IMG/VR virus record: IMGVR_UViG_3300038360_000413
Direction: 5' to 3' (one strand)
DNA length: 14,838 bases
Origin: a virus
Taxonomy: Duplodnaviria; Heunggongvirae; Uroviricota; Caudoviricetes
Part shown: positions 8,073-14,838 of the stretch, piece by piece
Layout of the letters: every line of letters starts with the position of its first letter
Numbering within the stretch: position 1 is the stretch's first letter
Translations under genes and position numbers: made by a program
The notes under the pieces: generated by a model
Told to the model about the DNA's origin: nothing
What the model saw: the letters and a program-made list of their open reading frames with translations, nothing else
The model's database searches: none

Positions 8073-8420
8073 TTAAATTCTTTTTGAGTGTTCGGCTATA
8101 CCTAATTTTCCAACATGCTTTCTACACCATTGCCAACATATGTCAATTAATGTGCGATGATGAGAGTTGCCGTACACGTCTTGACCTACATCACATACTA
8201 AGACTTTTGAATGTAGTTCTTTTGGAACGCGAGATCGGTATCTCTCTTCCATTATGATTATATGATCCGCCCAATTTCCTAACATAATAATTGTTTCTTT
8301 TGAATTACTATTAAGGCCTAGTGGTATTACGTCAACTGGCTCAAAATGTAATTTTAGCACATCTGCCAAAGCTACGCTGCGCACAAGTCCATGTTTACAA
8401 CAAGTAATTATTTTAGTCAT
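8073..8420 (-). CDS. Low-molecular-weight phosphatase-like protein (CX5R), 115 aa
   Basis: N-terminal P-loop C-KHGLV-R-S after a beta strand (IITC), WADHIIIME, and a C-terminal DVY resembling the LMW-PTP DPY acid loop. Confidence 0.7.
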   Translation of the reverse strand: MTKIITCCKHGLVRSVALADVLKLHFEPVDVIPLGLNSNSKETIIMLGNWADHIIIMEERYRSRVPKELHSKVLVCDVGQDVYGNSHHRTLIDICWQWCRKHVGKLGIAEHSKRI

Positions 8421-8429
8421 AAAAATATT

Positions 8430-8651
8430 TTATTTTATCTTACAACTTACTGATATAGGTTTATCGGTAAATAAACCATGTTTCTTCGCAAGTTTTAAAA
8501 GATGAGACTCAATAACAACTTTACCAATTTCTCTACTTGGAACAGGATTATCTAAAATATATGTAGTTTTATCAATATGATTATCGATTTGTATTGAAAA
8601 ATTATTTGATCCTGCAATTGGATCTACGTGTCCTTCAAAGAATTTATCCAT
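8430..8651 (-). CDS. Hypothetical protein, 73 aa
   Basis: ORF track; TAATG overlap with the holin stop; TAA end. Confidence 0.7.
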   Translation of the reverse strand: MDKFFEGHVDPIAGSNNFSIQIDNHIDKTTYILDNPVPSREIGKVVIESHLLKLAKKHGLFTDKPISVSCKIK

Positions 8652-9082
8652 TATTTACTAACTTTGGTTACTTTTTCATATGTACGTAATGTAGACATAC
8701 CAAGTAAAGCTAATACTAATTGAAACAAGCCATCCGCACTTATCGGAAAAGCTGCAACAGCTCCTGTTGCTAAACTAATCTTAGCCCAAAGATATGCTCC
8801 TACAATGTATTGAGGAATGAAATAAAAAGCCAAAGACGCTGCGCAAACCCAGCCGATTGCTGGACGCCAGCCTGCAACAAACCTGCTTTTATGTTGTGCT
8901 TCTAGCTTATTAATTTCTACTTGAAGTTCTGCAGGACGCTGCTTTAGTTTCTCTAAAACAGCGGCTCCTGCTAATTTTTCTTCTTTACTGGTAAGAACTT
9001 TATCTAAAACGTTTCCTATAGCATCTATAGGTTTAGCTAAAGTATCTCCACCGGCGCCGAATAATGTTGCCCAAATACTCAT
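8651..9082 (-). CDS. Holin of the GTA-holin/3TM (DUF3154) type, 143 aa
   Basis: EINKLEAQHKSRFVAGWRPAIGWVC...LFQLVLALLGMSTLRTYEK matches the family pattern I know; C-terminal hydrophobic helices; same operon as the amidase. Confidence 0.85.
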   Translation of the reverse strand: MSIWATLFGAGGDTLAKPIDAIGNVLDKVLTSKEEKLAGAAVLEKLKQRPAELQVEINKLEAQHKSRFVAGWRPAIGWVCAASLAFYFIPQYIVGAYLWAKISLATGAVAAFPISADGLFQLVLALLGMSTLRTYEKVTKVSK

Positions 9083-9084
9083 TG

Positions 9085-9333
9085 TTATTTATCCGTATCG
9101 GCCGGTATTTTTACTGGGGGCGCTTCTGGTGTTTCCTCGATCTTTTTTTCATCTGCAATTAGTTGTACTAACAAGTCCCTTTGCCCAGTAGCTTGATTGT
9201 GCTGTCTAGAAAGAATATTATAAGTTTCTTGCAGCTGTGTGATTTGATTTTGAACGTTACCAGCGTCTGCTTCTATTTTTGCGATTGCGGCGTTTACGTT
9301 AGTTAGTTTATCTTCTAAATTTAGTTTATTCAT
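9085..9333 (-). CDS. Small coiled-coil protein, 82 aa
   Basis: Heptad-like LEDKLTNVNAAIAKIEADAGNVQNQITQLQETY; first gene after the AT-rich intergenic region. Confidence 0.75.
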   Translation of the reverse strand: MNKLNLEDKLTNVNAAIAKIEADAGNVQNQITQLQETYNILSRQHNQATGQRDLLVQLIADEKKIEETPEAPPVKIPADTDK

Positions 9334-9361
9334 AATTTTTTAATATTTTGATTTAGTTAAG

Positions 9362-9404
9362 TGTTTAAAGTAAGGTTTAAAATTAAATATACTAACTTTA
9401 AACA
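9362..9404. repeat. 10-bp perfect inverted repeat, 23-nt spacer
   Basis: TGTTTAAAGT (9362-9371) and ACTTTAAACA (9395-9404) flank the putative -10 element. Confidence 0.5.
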
Positions 9405-9414
9405 TGAAAAGCAA
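9386..9414 (-). promoter_or_regulatory. Putative sigma70-like promoter upstream of the holin-tRNA-endolysin block
   Basis: TTGCTT (9414-9409), 17 nt, TATATT (9391-9386) in the longest true intergenic gap of the minus-strand operon (9334-9414). AT-rich context weakens specificity. Confidence 0.45.
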
Positions 9415-10299
9415 TTAAGAATTTGTGTTAAAATTATATTTAATTGTAACTTGTACATCGCCAGGAACATTAGTAGGATTCATAGTTATACTAATAGCGT
9501 CACCTTTTACAAATTCAGCGGATGAAAAAGTAAAATCGTACGTAGTTTTTATAACACTCAAGGTTGCTGTTGCTTTATGTGTCGAATCGCCTCCATAAAC
9601 AGAGTTGATATAGACTTTTAAATCTGTTTTTCCTGCTGCCGCGCCACCTCATATTTGTATTTGGGTTATTTTTCCATCCCATGGAGCAATTAAGCGGTGT
9701 TGATATGCCTCCCCAGCAGCTTCTACATTAGAGCCACATAAAGGAATATATACAACAGTAGACACGGCCGTAGTAAAAGCATGATTAGTAAAGTGGTCTA
9801 TTAATCCCTTAAAAGATTGTATACTGCCTCCGGTAAGATCTTTTTTTAACTCAATATCACTACCTGATACATCAAAGGCGGCATCTAGGTTTGTAATTAA
9901 CCCACTATGTGTTTCCAGCGCACCAACTAAGTTTTGACTTGTTCTATAAAAATCAGCAGCCGTATATATTCCAGAGCCTGTGGCATCTGGCACTACAATG
10001 ACAGCGCGAACTAACGGATCTATGGGTTGCATACCGCTCGCGGTTAGAGCCTGTACAGTAGTCCCGCTAATAGTAGCTGTTACGTATGGATTTATAAGCT
10101 CTAAACCATCTCTAAGGTTATCAACCTTGGTTTGTATATCACTTATAAAACTATCAAGAGTTACAGTAGTATTTAATAATTGATCTCTGAACGGAAGTCC
10201 AGATAGATAGTTAATACCGCTAATAGTTCCACTAATAGTAGCATTAGCACTAACGGCTTGGAATGTGTTAAGTTTTGTTAAATCTAAATATGCTATCAT
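9415..10299 (-). CDS. Probable virion structural protein, 294 aa, one in-frame TGA
   Basis: Track ORF continues through TGA 9649-51 (IAPWDGKITQIQI[W]GGAAAG...FVKGDAISI...VQVTIKY) to TAA 9415-17, giving a complete beta-rich C-terminal domain. Confidence 0.8.
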
Positions 10300-10301
10300 G
10301 A

Positions 10302-13300
10302 TTAAGTTGGTATTTTTCTAATAATTAAATTTTCTCCAGAACCACCACTAGTTGAAGGGAATCAGATATTTGCACCATCTCACACAGCGTTTCTGATTCC
10401 AGCGTAAGCACTTCCTACGGGAATACTGCCCTCCTCTACCGCTGTTTCTGTATTAAATATGGTTAAACTAGCACTAGACGCTAATGTTAAATAGGCTTTT
10501 CTTCCGGCAAATATCCCGCCAGTTACCTGCGTAGATACAAGCAATGATTGCCATTGAAATGGAACATCTCCAGATTGCTTAAAACGCGCTAATGTAGGGT
10601 TAGCTGATTGTGATGCTCCATAAAAACATCAGACATCTATACCATCATAAAAAATCGGTTTTATTCCTCACGCAGGAAGAGAGGTATCTCAGGACGCTCC
10701 GTCAATATTATATTTTGCCATTTTACGAAGTCCATTTCAAGTACCTTGTTCCGCTGTTCAAATATAAGTACCATCATATAATATACGATCTGTTCACATT
10801 ACCCCATCAAATCCAGCAATAGTAGCAGAGGAATCTCCTGCTATGCTATATTTCTCAAGAGCATTAGTGTCTCAAGTAGCTGCACCATCATTACACGATC
10901 AAATATTACTACCATCACATATTAACATAGAAGCGGCAACTGCTAGCGTATGAATGTGTGTATGTGTTGACATGTCGTCCGGGTCTACGCTAAACAAATA
11001 GCTTTCTTCGGTTTCGTCATCGATAATAGCCGTATAAAGCAGAGAGCCGTCTGTAGTAATTGAGTATAGTGCTGGGTAATCTGTAGTGGAAGCTCCAGGA
11101 ACTGTAATATCTTGAGAAGTAACTGTTTTAGTATGTACATTTATTTTATACATACGAGGAACAGACGATAATCCCAGTACATCTGTATATCCTCCACAGA
11201 TAAATAAGTCTGTTTTAAGAAAAACCATAGATATAGCATCAAAGGTATAATTAGCTGGGATTGTAATAGTTATGTCCTCTATTCCAGCAAATGTGTTGTT
11301 TCCTAAATTAAAAGAATAGTTATGTTCAGGGATACTGGCAATTCTACCTGTTAAATGGCCACCTTTAAAGTATCCTCTTCCAGTTTTTGCACCCGCATCA
11401 AATTGAGTAATATCATTATATGTGGCTACTAAGCCACTAGTAGTATTTAGTACAACTCTAACGTCTCCGTCACTTAATCCAATCTCATTACTATCTAAGT
11501 TAAAATAGGTAGTTCCGTCAGTTGATCTAAGATTTCCAATAACTACAGAATCTGCTGTTAATTCCCTGCTTACACGAAAGTCATCAATGTAACTTGTAGC
11601 AGCACTATCGGAGTATAGCTCAATCGCAATAAATCTTGTAGAAGATCCTAAGCTTCCAACAGCGCTTGGATGAGACCCCATAATAAAAGAATTTTTGTGC
11701 CAAGTATTGCCTACATGATTTACATAAGATACGGTAGTGTAGGAACTTAAATAATGTTTATCTGTATCAAATTCATGAACTCTAACTCTAAGATTGTTCG
11801 AACCAATACCTATAAAATGATAAAAACTAATAAAATAATTTTCTTCAGAAGTAACTGGTATAAAATGATTCGGATGTGTAGTAGCTAGTGTCCAACTGCT
11901 AGCTACTTTTAAACTATTATCTCCTGAGTGTGAAACTCCAGAATCATATTGTGAGGCATTTAATTCGACATAAGAACTTGGAGGTGCTCCAGTATTATAA
12001 TCAAATGTACTTAGCCAACTATAAACCACTCCACCATCTAAACTTAGAGTAGTACCCGCTTGTTCGAAATCAGAATTGCTAATTATATTATCATTTCCAG
12101 GCAATCCGAGAACTCCTTGAGTACCTGTATTTCCTGCAGGTCCACATATACCAGTTATTCCTTGTGGACCACAAGGTCCTGTTATTCCAGTTATTCCTTG
12201 TGGGCCGCACGGTCCAGTAATTCCTGGAGGACCACATGGACCTAATATTCCAGTTATTCCTTGTGGGCCACATGGTCCAGTAACTCCTGGAGGACCGCAT
12301 GGACCTAATATTCCAGTTATTCCTTGTGGGCCGCATGAGCCTTGTATACCTTGAGGACCGCATGATCCCAGTATTCCAGTTAATCCTTGAGGACCACATG
12401 AACCTTGTATACCTTGAGGACCACATGATCCTAGTATTCCAGTTATTCCTTGAGGACCGCAAGAACCTTCAGGGCCTTGAGGACCACATGGACCAGTTAT
12501 TCCTGTATTTCCTGGGGCACCTTTTTCACCTGTATTACCTATTGGACCACAAACACCTGTAGCGCCGGCTAATCCTTTTGGACCGCACGAACCTGTAATA
12601 CCTTGAGGACCACATGGACCTAATATTCCGGTTACTCCTTGGGGACCACATGAACCTTGTATACCTTGAGGACCGCATGAACCAATTATTCCAGTTATTC
12701 CTTGCGGACCGCACGGTCCAGTAACTCCTGGAGGTCCACATGAGCCCAGTATTCCGGTTAATCCTTGTGGGCCACATGGTCCAGTAACTCCTGGAGGTCC
12801 ACATGAGCCTAATATTCCGGTTACTCCTTGGGGACCACATGAGCCTTGTGAACCTTGAGGACCGCATGAACCAATTATTCCAGTTATTCCTTGCGGGCCG
12901 CACGGTCCAGTAACTCCTGGAGGTCCACATGAGCCTAGTATTCCGGTTAATCCTTGTGGGCCGCATGGTCCAGTAACTCCTGGAGGACCGCATGATCCTA
13001 GTATTCCAGTTAATCCTTGTGGGCCGCATGAGCCTTGTATACCTTGAGGACCGCATGAACCAATTATTCCAGTTATTCCTTGTGGGCCGCATGGTCCAGT
13101 AACTCCTGGAGGTCCACATGAGCCCAGTATTCCGGTTAATCCTTGTGGGCCACAAGGTCCAGTAACTCCTGGAGGTCCACATGAGCCTAATATTCCGGTT
13201 AATCCTTGTGGGCCACATGAGCCTTGTATACCTTGAGGACCACAGGCACCTTTTATTCCTGTATTTCCTTGAATACCTTTTTCACCTGTATATCCTATTG

Positions 13301-14837
13301 GGCCACATAAACCGATTATTCCAGTTAATCCTTGAGGGCCACACGGTCCGGTAACTCCTGGAGGACCACATGGACCTAATATTCCAGTTATTCCTTGTGG
13401 GCCACATGGTCCAGTAACTCCTGGAGGACCGCATGGACCTAATATTCCAGTTATTCCTTGTGGGCCGCAAGAACCTTCAGGGCCTTGAGGACCACATGAA
13501 CCGAGTATTCCAGTTACTCCCTGAGGACCACATGAACCTTGTATACCTTGAGGACCGCATGATCCTAGTATTCCAGTTACTCCTTGAGGACCACATGAAC
13601 CGACTAAACCAGTTGATCCAGTTGGGCCTGTAGGACCTTGGGGACCTTGATCACCTTGTACACCTTTTGGACCGCCAGGTCTAATAGTTAAAGTTTCAGT
13701 AACATCTATTGGAGCATAAGCTACTAAAGTTCATGCATAAAAGTGACATATTTCAGAACTATCTGGTGTTATGTCCACATCGATGTCAGTTCAATTGGTA
13801 CCGCTTATACCTGTACTAAGTTCAACAGAACCCTTTCCAGTAACATCAGCTACAGGAGTTCCACTATCTAATGTATAAGTAAATTTAGCTCCAGCAACCA
13901 TATCATGAACTAAACTATGTGTATTGGTAATGGCATTATATAACATGAACATGACACTATGCCCAGTACTAGGGCCGACTGGTACAAGAGGATCATTATC
14001 TATTATATATTGTGCTGCAGTTTCTCCAGTGTTAACTCCATACATTACTCATAAAATTGGATCACCACCGTTATCTTGTACTAAAGAATATGAAAAACTA
14101 TGAGGTCCGATTGCTCCTGTTATTCCGGCAGGGCCTATCTCGCCGTCTGGACCTGTAGAGCCTTGATTACCTATGCTTCCCGTAAACCCTTGAGGCCCAC
14201 AAATACCTGTTATACCTTGAGGACCGCATGATCCTAATTCTCCGGTAAATCCTTGAGGACCACAAACACCTGTTATTCCCATTGGACCACATGATCCTAA
14301 CTCTCCAGTAAATCCTTGAGGACCACAAACACCGGTCAAGCCCATTGGACCGCATGATCCTTGTTCTCCGGTAAATCCATAAACACCTTTTTCACCTGTA
14401 TTACCTATTGGACCGCATGATCCTAACTCTCCGGTAAATCCTTGAGGACCACAAAGTCCTGTTATACCTTGAGGACCACATGATCCTAACTCTCCGGTAA
14501 ATCCTTGAGGACCACAAAGTCCTGTTATACCTTGAGGACCACATGATCCTAATTCTCCGGTAAATCCTTGAGGACCACAAACACCTGTTATTCCCATTGG
14601 ACCGCATGATCCTAACTCTCCGGTAAATCCTTGAGGACCGCAAAGTCCTGTTATACCTTGAGGACCGCATGATCCTAACTCTCCAGTAAATCCTTGAGGA
14701 CCGCAAAGTCCTGTTATACCTTGAGGACCACATGATCCTAACTCTCCAGTAAATCCTTGAGGACCGCAAAGTCCTGTTATACCTTGAGGACCGCATGATC
14801 CTAATTCTCCTGTAAATCCTTGAGGACCACATACACC
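10302..14837 (-). CDS. Giant collagen-containing tail-fibre/receptor-binding-like protein, >=1511 aa, 5'-partial, 13 in-frame TGA
   Basis: One frame with no TAA/TAG from 14837 to TAA 10302-04; track ORFs 14049..14597, 13791..14045 and 10899..12104 are all in this frame. Order: collagen 1, ~142-aa globular domain, collagen 2, CBM4/9-like domain (NSDFE...HSGDNSLKV...YIDDFRV), linker, beta-propeller with CDGSNIW, YDGTYIW, YDGIDVW, WDGANIW. Next gene starts 2 nt after the TAA. Confidence 0.85.
12096..13673 (-). repeat. Collagen domain 2: about 175 Gly-X-Y triplets built from 18/27-nt units ([18 protein letters not shown])
   Basis: Gly register is identical at both ends (mod 9) and there are no stops in frame; about 45 Cys by manual count. 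Confidence 0.92.
14100..14837 (-). repeat. Collagen domain 1 (partial): >=82 Gly-X-Y triplets, 63-nt tandem unit [21 protein letters not shown]
   Basis: Near-identical 63-nt copies are visible at about 14410-14838; about 20 Cys. Confidence 0.92.
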
Positions 14838-14838
14838 T

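Noticed and set aside
7950-8100. Endolysin frame extending upstream through the tRNA (possible ATG 8043 or GTG 8061)
   Set aside because: The frame is open if TGA is sense, but the extension has no protein-like features and overlaps a fully paired tRNA; ATG 7950 is simpler.
765-10822. Short antisense ORFs (765..953, 1911..2237, 4147..4584, 4352..4552, 4587..4823, 5438..5626, 6131..6478, 7060..7260, 7537..7746, 7883..8257, 9980..10183, 10610..10822)
   Set aside because: All overlap better-supported genes or the tRNA on the opposite strand and show no recognisable motif.
10302-10901. Diversity-generating retroelement target in the fibre tip
   Set aside because: No reverse transcriptase and no template-repeat copy of this region seen in the window.
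1032-14051. In-frame TGAs as pseudogenisation or sequencing error
   Set aside because: All 20 interruptions are TGA, with no premature TAA/TAG or frameshifts; no gene ends in TGA; a UCA tRNA is present. A read-level check would still be the formal test.
12060-14832. Track ORFs in other frames over the collagen (12060..12245, 12091..12462, 12299..12562, 12535..13218, 13282..13470, 13433..13633, 14167..14355, 14401..14832)
   Set aside because: Frame-shifted or antisense shadows of the Gly-X-Y repeat; the repetitive WTSRS/MRSSR text has no independent support.
12096-14837. TGA = Gly (code 25)
   Set aside because: None of about 257 obligatory collagen glycines uses TGA, and the DGxx(I/V)W repeats call for Trp.
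12096-14838. CRISPR array or non-coding tandem repeat
   Set aside because: No unique spacers; periods are multiples of 9 nt and variation is mostly at third codon positions, as expected for coding collagen.

Overview
AT-rich segment of a large tailed-phage genome (morphogenesis and lysis region), almost all on the minus strand. The supplied ORF track is misleading because this genome appears to read TGA as tryptophan (code-4-like). I count 20 in-frame TGA codons in 6 genes, and none of the 18 genes I called ends in TGA (16 TAA, 2 TAG). Reading TGA as Trp joins several track ORFs into complete genes. The largest is one >=1511-aa tail-fibre-like protein (10302..>14837) with two Cys-rich collagen domains, a CBM-like domain and a DGxxIW beta-propeller. 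The window also encodes a 99-nt UCA-anticodon tRNA (7967..8065) with a bacterial tRNA-Trp-type acceptor end on a tRNA-Sec-like body. It lies between the holin and the amidase endolysin, 16 nt upstream of the endolysin, which itself has a TGA at codon 35. Other content: probable portal, actin-like ATPase, LMW-phosphatase-like protein, a collapsed GIY-YIG remnant, a GT-B glycosyltransferase and a DUF115/Maf-like protein converging on a bidirectional terminator. All counts and family calls were made by eye; no database search was run.
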